Part shown: piece after piece, positions 20,859 to 31,818 of the stretch
Position numbering within the stretch: position 1 is the first letter of the stretch
Layout: each line of letters begins with the position of its first letter
From: an uncultured Spirochaetota bacterium
Lineage (GTDB): Bacteria; Spirochaetota; Spirochaetia; SZUA-6; CAVTHK01
Length of the DNA: 64,000 nt
NCBI GenBank assembly: GCA_963734495.1
Contig: CAVTHK010000003.1
Coordinates: forward strand, 128,001-192,000
Direction: 5' to 3'
Notes under the pieces: model-generated
The model's input: the letters and a program-made list of their open reading frames with translations, nothing else
Told to the model about the DNA's origin: nothing
The model's database searches: none
Position numbers and translations under genes: made by a program

Positions 20859-21989
20859 CTATCGCGAAAGCTCGGCCTCGGATGATCGCGTCGCGTATCG
20901 GAGCACCTTCTCGTGATCGACGTCGTAGCCCACCCCCTGGCCGCGGACGACCGGGGCGAGGCCGCCCGCGCCGAAGTCGAAGTTGACGGTCGTGATGTTG
21001 TCGGCAAGGAGCTGGGAGTCGTAGGACCCGTCCACGTCGGCCGGCGCCTCCATGATAGCAGCGGCCGTGCGGCCGAGGGAAGAGAGGATGCCGGTCTCCC
21101 CGACGTGGCAGCCGAGGCTGTAGGCCATGCCTCGTTCGGCGGCCTGGCGGGCCAGCGCGAGGCTGCGGAGCAGCCCGCCGTTCTTGGACAGCCGGATATT
21201 CAGCATGCCGTAGACGCGCTGCTCCGTGATGCGGCTCAGGTCGGCCTCCGTGACGAACGTCTCGTCTGCGACAAAGACGAAGCGGGGATCCCGGCCGGCC
21301 GATCGCAGCTCCCGCTCCGGAGCCGGGTCCTCGATCAGGCGCACCCCGTGCTCGTGGCAGAGGTCGAGGTGAGGCGCCATCGTCGCCAGGCTCCAGGCCA
21401 TGTTCACGTCGGCGCGCAGGACGGCGCCGGGGCCGAGGATCTCCCGCGACAGCGAGAGGATCATGCGGTTGTACCCGGGGTCCTTTCCGAGCTTGATCCG
21501 CACGCTCGTGACGGCCTGCGAGCGGATGCGGCCGAGGATCACGCGCGCCGCTTCGGCCGGCATCATCGGCAGGACCACGCCGTAGCGGACCTGGGCGCGG
21601 CGCGGCTCGCTGCCGATGAGGGCGAAGACGTCGATGCCGCGATGCCGGCAGTGGATATCGAGGAGCGCGGCCTCGAGGGCGCCGAGCAGCGGCCTTTCCT
21701 CGGGGGCCGCGGCGCAGGTCTCGAGCGCGGCGCGGGCCTCCTCCCAGGTCGAGTCGCGAACACGCCGGGCCAGAGGCTCGAGAGCGGTCCTCGCCGCGTC
21801 GAGCAGCGAAGAGCCGGGCGGCAGGCCGCCGACGTACTCGCGCATGACCGCTTCGCCGTAACCGCGTCGCCCGTCCGCTTCGAGCTCGACGACGACGGAA
21901 TCGGAAGCGGCGCGGGAGGCGGAGGCGTGAGTGAGTCGGACGCGGAACGGCAGGTCAAGCTGATGCAGGCGGCAACGGGAGATCCGCAT
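20859..21989 (-). CDS. Enolase-superfamily enzyme (muconate cycloisomerase / dipeptide epimerase-like subgroup)
   Basis: LDLPFRVRLTHAS, GYGEA, ALEAALLD, VRIKLG, RADVN, IEDP, ADET, NIRLSKNGG, GCHVGETG and GQGVG in an intact ORF. Confidence 0.88.
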   Translation of the reverse strand: MRISRCRLHQLDLPFRVRLTHASASRAASDSVVVELEADGRRGYGEAVMREYVGGLPPGSSLLDAARTALEPLARRVRDSTWEEARAALETCAAAPEERPLLGALEAALLDIHCRHRGIDVFALIGSEPRRAQVRYGVVLPMMPAEAARVILGRIRSQAVTSVRIKLGKDPGYNRMILSLSREILGPGAVLRADVNMAWSLATMAPHLDLCHEHGVRLIEDPAPERELRSAGRDPRFVFVADETFVTEADLSRITEQRVYGMLNIRLSKNGGLLRSLALARQAAERGMAYSLGCHVGETGILSSLGRTAAAIMEAPADVDGSYDSQLLADNITTVNFDFGAGGLAPVVRGQGVGYDVDHEKVLRYATRSSEAELSR

Positions 21990-21996
21990 CGCGCAC

Positions 21997-22026
21997 CGTA
22001 TAGCACCGGTGGACGGGCTCGGTCAA
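21997..22026 (-). promoter_or_regulatory. Promoter of the enolase-like gene, apparently leaderless
   Basis: TTGACC-N18-TATACG with an extended -10 TG, then 7 nt to the ATG; no Shine-Dalgarno sequence. Confidence 0.55.
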
Positions 22027-22030
22027 CGTC

Positions 22031-23433
22031 TCACGCGCCGGGCGTGGCGAGGGGACGGGCTTCGGAGGCCTCGGCGGCGCTCGATGCGAGCGTCCGCGAG
22101 TAGTGCGAGTAGTAGTGGGAGCCCTGCCAGCTCCTCTTGAGGGCGCGGTTGAACCCGTAGACCGCGGCGAAGGTGAACAGGTTCCTGAGGGCAAAGAAGC
22201 TCCGCACCATCCGGAAGGCGAACGCCCAGGGCGAGTACAGGTGGTTCTTGAGGTAGTTGTCGCCGCGGTAGACGCTGTCCTCGGAGGTCCCGCGGGGGCG
22301 ATGAACCAGCCAGGACAGCCGGTACTTGCTCCAGTCTGCCGGAAAGTCCGTGTAGATCAGGCGCTTTTCGTCGCGCATCTGATCGAACAATCTCGTCCCG
22401 GGAAGCGGCGTGAGCTTGGTGATCTGCGCCATGTCGACTCCGCCGTAGACGAGGAACCGGGCGAACTCGCGGTAATACTCGGAGGTCTCGCAGTCGTTGC
22501 CCACGATGAACCCCCCCATCACCGCGATGCCCCGGCGGTGGAACCGACGGATGACGTCGCGGTAGTGCGCCACGCCGACCTTCAAGTTCACCCCTTTCCT
22601 CATCTCCCGGAGGTATTCTTCCTTGCTCGTCTCGAACCCGACGAACGCGAACATGCAGCCCGCCCTGGACGCGAGGGCGAGGGCTTCGTCGTCCTCCGCG
22701 GCATTGATGGATGTCTGCATCCACCAGCGCTTGTTCATGCGGCGCTCGACCATGCCGCGGAACAGCGCCTTGGCCCGCTCCCGGCTGGCTTCGCTGTACC
22801 CGATGAGATTGTCGTCCACGAATGCGATGTACCGCCCCTTGATCTCCGCCAGCTCCTCGAGCACGTCCTCGGGATCCCGCTGCCTGTACTCCTTGCCGAG
22901 GTAGCGTGTGACGGAGCAGAAGCTGCAGTCGAAGGGGCATCCGCGCGACGTCTGAATGGAGCTCCAGAAGTAGCGCGGATCGAGGATATCGCGCCTCGGC
23001 CTGACGCACGCGCGCGCCAGGTCGACGTGGGGGGCGCGGTACACGGGCTTGAGGGACCCTCTTTCGAAGTCGCGCAGGACCTCGCCCCAGATGGGCTCGA
23101 CCTCGCCGACGACGACGGCGTCCGCGTGCATCGCGACCTCGTCCGGGAGCATGGAAGCGTGGATGCCGCCGATGACCACCTTGACGCCCCGGGCCCGGTA
23201 CATGGCGGCGATCTCATAGGCGCGGTTGATGGAGCCCGTGAAGCCGGTGAGCGCGACGAGGTCGGCCTCTTCGTGCTGGAACGGCTCGAAGTGCTCGTCC
23301 ATGAGCCTGACATTCCAGTCACGGGCGTCACGGCTGCCACGTACGCCAGACCGAGCGGGGGGAATGTGGTCGTCCTGCTGAGAAGGTACCCGCTCTTTCG
23401 TTCGACGGGGTTGATCAGCAGCAACTTTTTCAC
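22031..23433 (-). CDS. Cobalamin-binding radical SAM protein (one frameshift near 23320)
   Basis: LLINP...FPPLGLAYVAAVTP, VIGGIHASMLPDE, VVGEVE, QTSRGCPFDCSFCSV (CxxxCxxC), FVDDN, FVGFE, GGFIVGND and LTPLPGTRLF. Confidence 0.92.
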
Positions 23434-23528
23434 GACGGCTCCTGGGGCTAGTCTGGCACGGCGCGGCAGGTTTCCGCAAGCCCGACCGCTCTCGCGCCTG
23501 CTTCGCGCAACCGCGGAGCCCGCGTGCG

Positions 23529-23557
23529 TTGACCCGCCACGCGCCGTGCATTACGAT
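23529..23557 (+). promoter_or_regulatory. sigma70-type promoter of the large hypothetical gene
   Basis: TTGACC-N17-TACGAT. Confidence 0.5.
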
Positions 23558-23707
23558 TCTGATCGGGTCCGCCGTCGCGAAGGCGCGGCCGGCGCGGCAC
23601 CCGGTGGGAGGCGCGCCGCGTGTCCCTGGACGCGGACCGCAAGGGCGCTGTCGAAGAGACCGCCAGGCGCGCTCTGCCGCTGCCTTGTGACGGAAGGGCT
23701 GACAAGA

Positions 23708-26436
23708 GTGCCTGAGAGGAAGAGCGACAAGGACCTGCTCGCGGAGCTCCTCGCCAAAGGCTACGGGGAGGACGAGAAGCGCAAGCGCCGCGAGGCGGCG
23801 GCCAGGATGCGTCGTCCGCCGGCGCGGAGGGAAAGGCGTACGCCCGGTCCGGGCAGGCGCGCGAGCCCGTGGAGGGGCCTGCGGCCGAGGCCGCCGAGTC
23901 GGCGCGCCGGATGGAGGACATGCTGCCGCCGCTGCCTCCACAGGTGAGGCGGCGGATCGACCGCTATGCATGGCACCGCGGGTTCCTCGCCACCGGGATC
24001 GGCGAGCGGCTGCGGAGCCTCGCCACGGTGCTCTTTCCCGGGCTCGAGGACTGGGCGGGCGGCGCGCTCGTGCGGCAGCTCGTCGGGCCGGCCGGGCGGC
24101 GACGCTTCCGATCCCGGTTCGTGTTCGCTGCTGGACGGCCTGCAGATGCTTCCCGCCGCGTCGCAGGCGGCTGCTCGGGGGCGAGCGCGGCGGCGGGAGC
24201 GAGCGGCCGGCCATCCACAGGCTGGACGAATCGCGCGTGGGCGAGCGCATCCTCGCGAGTCTCAAGGCACGCGAGCCGTTTCTTCCTGCGCTGCTGTCCA
24301 GCCTCGCCGAGGGCGACGACGCGGCGATCCAGGCACTGGAGTTCACACGCATCGCCTACCGGCGCGGGGAGCGGGTGCGGGCGCGGAGCCTCGTGCGGCC
24401 GGTCTGCCACGTGTACCGCCTGGCGCTCGCGACGGACGGCCTCGATTCGGACCTGATCGCGCGCCTCGTGGACACCGCGAGGGACGTCGCGCGAGCGCAC
24501 GAGGTCGACGCGAGCGGCCGCCGCCGCGTCGACAACGCGTCGGCGGCCGTCCAGGTCTGGCTCGGCCGCCTCCGCGATTTCCGGCACGAGCTCTTCCCGA
24601 TCCTGCTGAAGTGCATGGGGCTGTTCTTTCCGGAGGAGTCGCTCTGGGCGGGCGAGCACTCGGAGGTCGTGCGCGGGTTTGTGGGTCTGAAGCCCGAAGA
24701 CATTCTCGACTACTACGGCTACCGGGAGACCCGGCGACCGTCGCCCGCGGCCCCTGGGCCGCCGGCCGCGGAGTCCGGCGGGGAAGCGGAGGCCGCCGGC
24801 GCGGAGCCTCCCGCGGCCGCCGGCGAAGGCGGATCAGGCGAGCCCGCCCTCGAGGAGCCCGCGGATGCGGGAGCGGAGGCGGCGGCCGCGCCGGAAGCGA
24901 CAGCCGAAGCGCCGCCGCCCGCCGCGGCTGCCGGCGACACCGAAGCGCCGGCGGGTTCCGAAGACGAGACGCTCGAAGCCAGGCGGGCGGGCGCCGCGTC
25001 GCGCGCGTTCGCGCTGCAGACGCTGCGCGAGCTGTTTCCCGAGAGCGGCATTCACCGGCTCGAGCAGTATCACTTCATCCTTCCCTATTTCGACATCCGG
25101 GTCTTCAGCAAGGATCTCTCCTTTTCGCCGGAAGTGCAGTTCCTGGCGCGCAACGACCCCATGTCGCAGATCGTGGTCCTGCACCGGATCATCGACAACC
25201 TGATCTCGTCGATCGACTCGATCGCTCTCGAGCAGGTCCTGGCGCCGACGGGCTCCTACCACGAAGGCCTCGGCGATCTCGTGCGGCAGTGGAAGGAAGT
25301 CTACACGGGCCTCTTCGACCCCTACCTCAGGGAGCTCGAGGACTACGCGCGCGCCGTCGAGATCGAGCACGGCGGTGCCGCCGCGCGCAGGGGGGAGGAC
25401 TACGCTCAACCGGATGCGCAACCACGCGATCCGCCATTTCGGCAGGATGATCGCGGGCCGCGGCCGGCTCGACATCTCCTCGGCGCCGCTGTACTCGCTC
25501 GCCGAGCGGCTCGTCGCCGAGTGCCGGCAGATCAAGGCCCTGATCAACACCCGGCTCGTCGCGGAGAAGGACAGGCAGGCCCTGGGCCTGCTCGACGCGA
25601 GCTCGTCCGAGGAACGTCGTCGACCTCGAGGTCAACGAGTACAAGCCCACGATCCGGCGCCTCCGCCGGCTGCTCCAGAAACGCGGGACGTCGGGCTGGT
25701 CGCCGCAGAGGGTGCACCTTGCAGTTCTTCGAGATCCTCTTCGCGGTCGCGGACCTGTACGAGTGGCTGCTCAACGACCCGGCCAGCTTCTACCGGATGC
25801 CGCCCGACGGGCCGCTGCACGCGGGGCTGGAAGAGCGGCGCCGATGGGCGTCGGCCCGGGAGGCGGCCGAGCGGGGCAGCGCGGAGATCAGGTCGCCTCC
25901 CGTGAGCGCGACGCCGGCGAGCTGGGCGGAGGATGCGGCGTTGCGTTTCCGGGCGCTCAAGCTGGCAGGGCGACTCGCCTTTGTTCTCATGGAGGTCACG
26001 GGCCGCGACGTGCTCGAGGACCGAAGGCGAGCCCGGAGTGCTCGCGCTCGCGGCGTCGTCGATCCCCGAGCAGGGCCCGGACGCTCCCGTCGATGTCGCG
26101 GTCATCGGCCGGGACCGCCTGCTCGCGGTCACGCCGCGCGGGACTCTCGTGGCGGCGGGCTGGGTCGACCGGTGGCGCACCGCCCTGTCCGCGCTCCTCA
26201 AGAAGCATCCGCTCTTCGGGGAGATCATCGAGCAGAAACGGACCCCGGGCCTGGGCGACCTGCGCGCGGGCGTCGCCGACGTCGCGGACTGCGCGAATCC
26301 GCGCGACGCGCTCGCCCGCGCCGAGGCCGCGCTGGAAGCGGCGCGCGGCGATGTCGGGCCGATCGCCGTCTGGCAGGGCGGCTCCGTGACGCCTCTCGTC
26401 GATTACGTCGCGCGCTTCGCGCGGCCCTTCCGGTGA
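23708..26436 (+). CDS. Large hypothetical protein (about 900 aa, multiply frameshifted) with an acidic Ala/Pro insert and a possible degenerate GGDEF-like C-terminus
   Basis: Protein-like segments chain across frames: VPERKSDKDLLAELLAKGY, IDRYAWHRGFLATG, RHELFPILLKCMG, LRELFPESGIHRLEQYHFILPYFD, RNDPMSQIVVLHRIIDNL, LQFFEILFAVADLYEWLLNDP, and LRAGVADVADCANPRDALARAEAALEAARG. Confidence 0.65.
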
Positions 26437-26545
26437 GACCGCGCGAGGGCCGGCGGCCGGTCGTCCGGCCTCCCGTTCGAGCGGGGCAGGCGTGGCCGGT
26501 CCGGCCGGCGTGCCGGAGCGGGCGGGGCCGGCGAAGTCGGCGACC

Positions 26546-27632
26546 TCACCCCACTGGGCAATCACCTCGTCGGCGATTCTGCGGTGGGCCGAAGGCATCG
26601 GCTTCGCGTCCAGCGCGGCGAGCGGCACCCACTCGCCGGCGCAGCCCGCAAGCCGGGCCAGGGCGTCCTGGCGCGCGCTGCGCTGGAGCCGCCGCCGCGG
26701 GCTTCCGGGGAGACGGCGTACACCCGAGGGAACAGCCGCTCGCGGTAGCGCGTGTACGCGTGCGTCCGCGGCCGCAGCTCGCGCGACGAGCCGCAGTGCG
26801 CAGCAGCCGCCTCTGCAGCCGCCTCGGCCTCGGCGAGCGCGGCGCGCGGAAAGGTCCAGAGGCCGCGGAAGAGCCCGTCGGCGTGGGCGCAGAGCCGCAC
26901 CGCGTCGCCGCGCAGCAGGACAAGCGCCACGCTCTCGCGGGCCACCACGCCCGCGGTCGCTCGCGCCGGGATCTCCCGCTCGCGGCCCAGCTCGCGGGCC
27001 CTGCAGCCAGCCGCGAGCGGGCAGGCCCCGCACCGCGGCTCCGCCTTGACGCAGACCCGCTGGCCGAGCTCCATCAGGGCCTCGTTGAAGTCGCCGGCCC
27101 GCCCCGCGGGCAGCACGCGCTCGAGGGCCCGCTGGGCCTCGGCGTCCGCCGGGCGCGCGCGGGCGCGGCGAGCAGCCGCTGGAGCACGCGCCGCACGTTG
27201 GCGTCGACGACGGCCAGGCGCTGCCCCCGCGCGATGCTGAGGATCGCGCGCGCCGTGTAGTCGCCCACGCCGGGCAGCGACCGCAGGTCCTCGTAGGCCG
27301 CCGGCAGCTCGCCGCCCCACCGCCGCGCCACGACGCGGGCGGCGCGGAGCAGGTTGCGGGCCCTGCTGTAGTAGCCCAGGCCTTCCCAGCGCGCGGGTCA
27401 CCTCCTGCTCGCGAGGCGGCCGCGAGCGACCGCGACGTCCGGGTACGCGCGCATCCAGCGCTCGAAGTGGGGCACCACCGCCTTGACGACCGTCTGCTGC
27501 AGCATCACCTCGGAGACCCAGACGGAGTAGGGGGTGCGTCCCTCGCCGCCAGGGCAGCGGCTCGCGGCTTGCGGTCCCACCAGGCGAGCAGGCCGCGCGC
27601 CAGGAGCCGCGCGAGGCCAGGGGCAGCGCCAC
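26546..27632 (-). CDS. mutY: A/G-specific adenine glycosylase (frameshifted)
   Basis: [68 protein letters not shown]...[12 protein letters not shown] and GLWTFP. Confidence 0.92.
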
Positions 27633-27659
27633 GGCCGCCTTCCAGTCGCCGCGAGCCCC

Positions 27660-29101
27660 TTACCGCCAGGCGGCTTCCAGGCCGCGGTGCGGACCGCGCC
27701 GCGCAGGTGCCAGTCCGCGAGCCGCGCGAGCAGGCGGCTCTTCTCCGCGGCTGCCGCGGCGTCGTCCCACAGGTTGCGCGCTCGTCGGGGTCCTGCTCGA
27801 GGTCGAAGAGCTGGCCGCTGCGGCGAGTCGACGAAGTGCACGAGCTTCCACCGCCTCTCGCGCACCATGCTCATGAGCTCCGTGCCCTGCAGAGTCCCGT
27901 CGCGGGCGTGCTCCGCGTAGACGGCGTCGCGCGGCCGCAAAGGCGGGGTCGCCCGCGAGCGCCGGCACGAGCGAGCGCGGCCTCCATCGACGTCGGCGGC
28001 GTGCAGCCCGCGAGCTCGAGGATCGTCGGGCCGAGGTCCATGAGCTGGCAGAGGCCGTCGAGCGCTGCGGCCCGCCGGCGAAGCGGCCCGGCGCCCACAC
28101 CAGCGCGGGCACGCGGGTGACCGCGTCGTACATGGTCCACTTCTGGCTGTGGCCGTGATCGCCGAGGCAGTCGCCGTGGTCCGACGTGAAGATCACCACC
28201 GACTTCTCCAGGTATCCGCGGGCGGCCGAGCGCCTCCATGATGAGCCCGACCTGCTCGTCGATCATCGTGACGTTCGCCAGGTAGTGGCGTCTCTGCCGC
28301 AGCCTCTGCTCGCGGGTCGGGTGCTCGAGGTGCACGATCGAGTCGTGGTCGACTTCGCAGTTGTGCCGGATCATCTGCGCGCAGCGCGGGCGGCTGCGAG
28401 GCGATCTCCTCGTCGGTCACGGGCAGCAGGGGAAGGTCCCTGCCCTCGTAGCTCGCGAGCGCCCGGGGCGACCGGGTCATAGGGCGGGTGGGGCCCCGGG
28501 AAGCCGATCTGCGAGGAACAGCGGCTCCGTGCGCGGGTAGCTCGCGATCCACCAGCGCGCGAGGCCGCCGACGAACACGTCGGAGTGCAGCGCCTCGGGC
28601 AGCTCCCACTCGAAGGCGCCCAGCCGCTCCCGGTAGTCGGGCCTCCGGCGGTAGAGCTCCCGCTGCTGCTTGACCAGGCCGTGCGCGGCGAGCGCCTTGT
28701 CCCACTCGTCGAAGAAGTACCGGCCCTCGAGGTAGCGGTCCTTGTTCTCCACGACGTAGCGCTCGTGAAAGCCCATCGGCGCGGTGAACGGCGTCGTGTG
28801 CATCTTGCCGACGTTGACGCAGCGGTAGCCCGCGGCGGCGAGCTGCTCCACCCACCCGTGCCGCCAGAGGTCGCCGTTGCGGAACACGCCGGTCGTGTGC
28901 GGGGTGTAGCCCGTAAAGAGGCTCGCGCGCGAAGGCGCGCACGACGGTGCGGTGACGAAGCAGTTGGTAAAGGCGACGCCCTCGCGCGCGAGGCGGTCGA
29001 GGCTGGGCGTCGTCACCCACGGGAAACCGAGCGCGGCGATCGTGTCGAAGCGCTGCTGGTCGGTGATGATCAGGATGATGTTCGGGCGCGAGCTCTGCCA
29101 T
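27660..29101 (-). CDS. Formylglycine-dependent sulfatase (frameshifted)
   Basis: [34 protein letters not shown] (CxPxR), [31 protein letters not shown] and KWTMYD. Confidence 0.92.
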
Positions 29102-29108
29102 GGGGCGC

Positions 29109-29138
29109 ACTGTAGCGGCGTCCGCCCGCGGCCGTCCA
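29109..29138 (-). promoter_or_regulatory. Promoter of the sulfatase gene, apparently leaderless
   Basis: TGGACG-N18-TACAGT, then 7 nt (GCGCCCC) to the ATG; no Shine-Dalgarno sequence. Confidence 0.55.
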
Positions 29139-29179
29139 GACGCCTGTCGCGGCGAGTGCCGCGGGCCCGTCGGCGGTCG

Positions 29180-30086
29180 CTACTCGACCACGCTGCGCAG
29201 CTTCTCGAGGGCCTCCGCGTAGCGAGCTCTCGTATGTGTAGTCGAACAGGTGCCTCTCGACGACGCCCCGCGGCGTCGCGAAGCGCATGATCTGCCGTTC
29301 GAGGGCGCGGTCGATCACGGCCGCCTCGACTCCGTGCCGCAGCAGGTAGGCGTAGAAGCTCAGGCTCGGCCCGGTCCACGGGCCCGGGGCCGTAGACGTA
29401 GAAGATCCCGTCGAGGATCTGCGTGAAGGGGCTCATCGAGTAGTGGAAGACGCGGCTCGGCGGCTGGCGCACCGAGATGATGCCCGCTTCCTCGAGGGCC
29501 GCGCACATGCGGTCGATGAGACCGTGCACCTGCACGTAGGGGGCGAAGCTGCGCAGGATCATGACGAAGACGTCCGTCGCCTGATTGTCGCGGCGCGAGC
29601 AGCGCGGGGATGTCGTAGTTGACCACGTACAGCCCGCGGACCCGCTTGATCGACTGCTGGTGGATCTTCGCAAAGTCCTTCTCCTCGACCCAGACCCCGA
29701 ACAGATCCTCCTCGCTCATCCCCAGGCGCTCGAGCGCCTCGTAGGCGCCGACCACGGGCGCCGTCGTCGAACGCGGCCCCGAAGTGCGTCTCGAACGCTC
29801 GCTTCATCGTCGGCGTGAACGCCGCCCCGCCCTCCCGCGCGAACCGGACCCGCAGCGCGTACCGGCGCTCGACGATGCGGTTCGCGGCCATGAACTCGCC
29901 CGGCAGGTTCGCCAGGTACACGAGGCTGTAGAAGCCCTTGTAGGAAGGGTCCTCCCGCAGCACCTTGAGCATGCAGCTCTCCGTGCGCACGCCGTTGGTC
30001 TCGGGCCGCAGGTACAGAACGACGTCCTGCACCTCGCGGTCCACGCACGGCCCGGAGTAGGGGATGATGACGGTCGGGTTCCTCAT
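29180..30086 (-). CDS. Hypothetical protein (about 300 aa, frameshifted)
   Basis: Protein-like reading continues across frames: MRNPTVIIPYSGPC...YLRPETNGVRTE...YLANLPGEF...GAYEALERLG...YVVNYDIPALL...FHYSMSPFTQILDG...EALEKLRSVVE-stop. Upstream TACACT lies 7 nt before the ATG. Confidence 0.7.
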
Positions 30087-30167
30087 CACTTCGAGTGTAA
30101 TGGAGGGAGAGGGTAAAGGTGAAGAAGGATGCCGCGCCGGCGGCCCCGCCGCCCGCCCCCGGCGGCG

Positions 30168-31225
30168 CTACGCCAACATCGCCGCCTGCCGCCGGAAGTG
30201 GTCCTCCAGGGCGAGCGCCGTCATCGCCTCGACGACCGGCACCACACGCGGGCAGATGCAGGGGTCGTGGCGGCCCTCGGTGACGATCTCGCGCGGGGCG
30301 CCGCTCGTGTCGATCGTGCGCTGCGGCCGCGCGATCGACGAGGCCGGCTTGACCACGATGCGGAAGAGGATCTCCGCTCCCGTGGAGATGCCGCCGAGGA
30401 TGCCGCCCGCGTTGTTCGTGACGAAGCCCTCGGGCCCCATCTCGTCGTTGTGCTCGTGGCCCCACATCTCGGCGGCGCGGAAGCCCGCGCCGAACTCGAT
30501 GCCCTTGACCGCGCCGATGGACAGCATCGCCTTGGCCAGGTCGGCGTCGAGCTTGTCGAAGGTCGGCTCTCCGAGCCCGGCGGGCACGCCCGACACGCGG
30601 CACTCGATGATCCCGCCGAGGGAGTCCTTGCGCTCCTGCGCGAGCGAGGATCTTCGCCTTCATGCGCTCGGCGGCCTCGGGGTCGCAGGCGCGCACGGGG
30701 TTCTTCTCGATCTCCTCCGGCAGGAACCGCTCGCACCGGATGCCGCCCACCGCCAGCGTGTAGGCGAGGATGCTCACGCCGCGGGCGGCAAGGAGCTTGC
30801 GCGCGACGGCGCCCGCCGCGACGCGGGCCGAGGTCTCGCGGCCGGAGGCGCGGCCGCTGCCGCGCCAGTCGCGGATGCCGTACTTCTTGAGGTAGCGTCC
30901 AGTCGGCGTGGCCCGGCCGGAACAGGTCCTTGATCGGCTCGTAGTCCTGCGAGCGCACGTCCTGGTTGAAGAGGATCATCATGAGCGGCGTCCCGGTGGT
31001 CCTGCCCTCGAAGACGCCGGAGAGGATCTGGACCTTGTCCGCCTCCTTGCGCTTCGTCGTGATCTCCGACTGGCCGGGCCTGCGGCGGTCGAGCTGCTTC
31101 TGGATATCTTCCTCGCCGAGGGGGACCCCCGGCGTCACGCCGTCGACGATCACGCCCACGCCGCGGCCGTGCGACTCGCCAAACGTCGTGACCCTGAACA
31201 TGCTGCCGAAGGTGCTGCCTGGCAT
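30168..31225 (-). CDS. aroC: Chorismate synthase (frameshifted)
   Basis: [54 protein letters not shown] and GRHDPC. Confidence 0.96.
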
Positions 31226-31246
31226 TGGTACGCTCCGAGCTCCCGC

Positions 31247-31818
31247 TCACCGCCCCCGCTCGTGAGCCTCGATGGCTGCGGCGAGCCGGCCTTCATTTTC
31301 GTCGAGAGGGGCGGCCGGGTCCAGCGCCACGACGAGGTCCGCGATCTCCCTGTACCGCGGCTCCCGGGCGCGGGCCAGCGCGAGGAACTCGCCCCTGGGG
31401 TCCTCCGGGCCGACAAAGGCGGGGATGCCGCCGCGGACGACGCGCTCCCAGAGCGCCTCGGCGCGGCACCTCCAGGAGCACGGCGAGGCCGAGGCCGCGC
31501 AGGAGCGCCTGCGCCCCGGGATTGAGCGGGGTCCGGCCGCCGGCGGCGATCACGTGGTCCCCGTCGCCGACGCGCGAGGCGAGCCCGCGCAGCGCTTCGG
31601 CTTCCGCGTCGAAGAAACCCTCGGGCCCGAGGCGCGCGTAGATCTCGCGGGCTGTGATCTGCGCGCCGTGCCGTGGCGGCGTACAAGGCCTCCAGCACTT
31701 CGTCGGTGTCGGCGAACGGGCAGCCCCAGCGGCCGGCGAGGCGCCGGCCGAGGGTGCTCTTGCCCGAGTGTTTCATGCCGAGCAGCACGACCCGGTGACG
31801 GCCGCGGACCCGGCTCAC
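31247..31818 (-). CDS. aroK: Shikimate kinase (frameshifted)
   Basis: VLLGMKHSGKSTLGRRLA, FADTD, GFFDAE, VIAAGG and REPRYREIAD. Directly upstream of aroC. Confidence 0.85.

Noticed and set aside
23453-23470. sigma54 promoter (TGGCACG...)
   Set aside because: The GC dinucleotide is one base off the required -24/-12 spacing and TTGC is absent.
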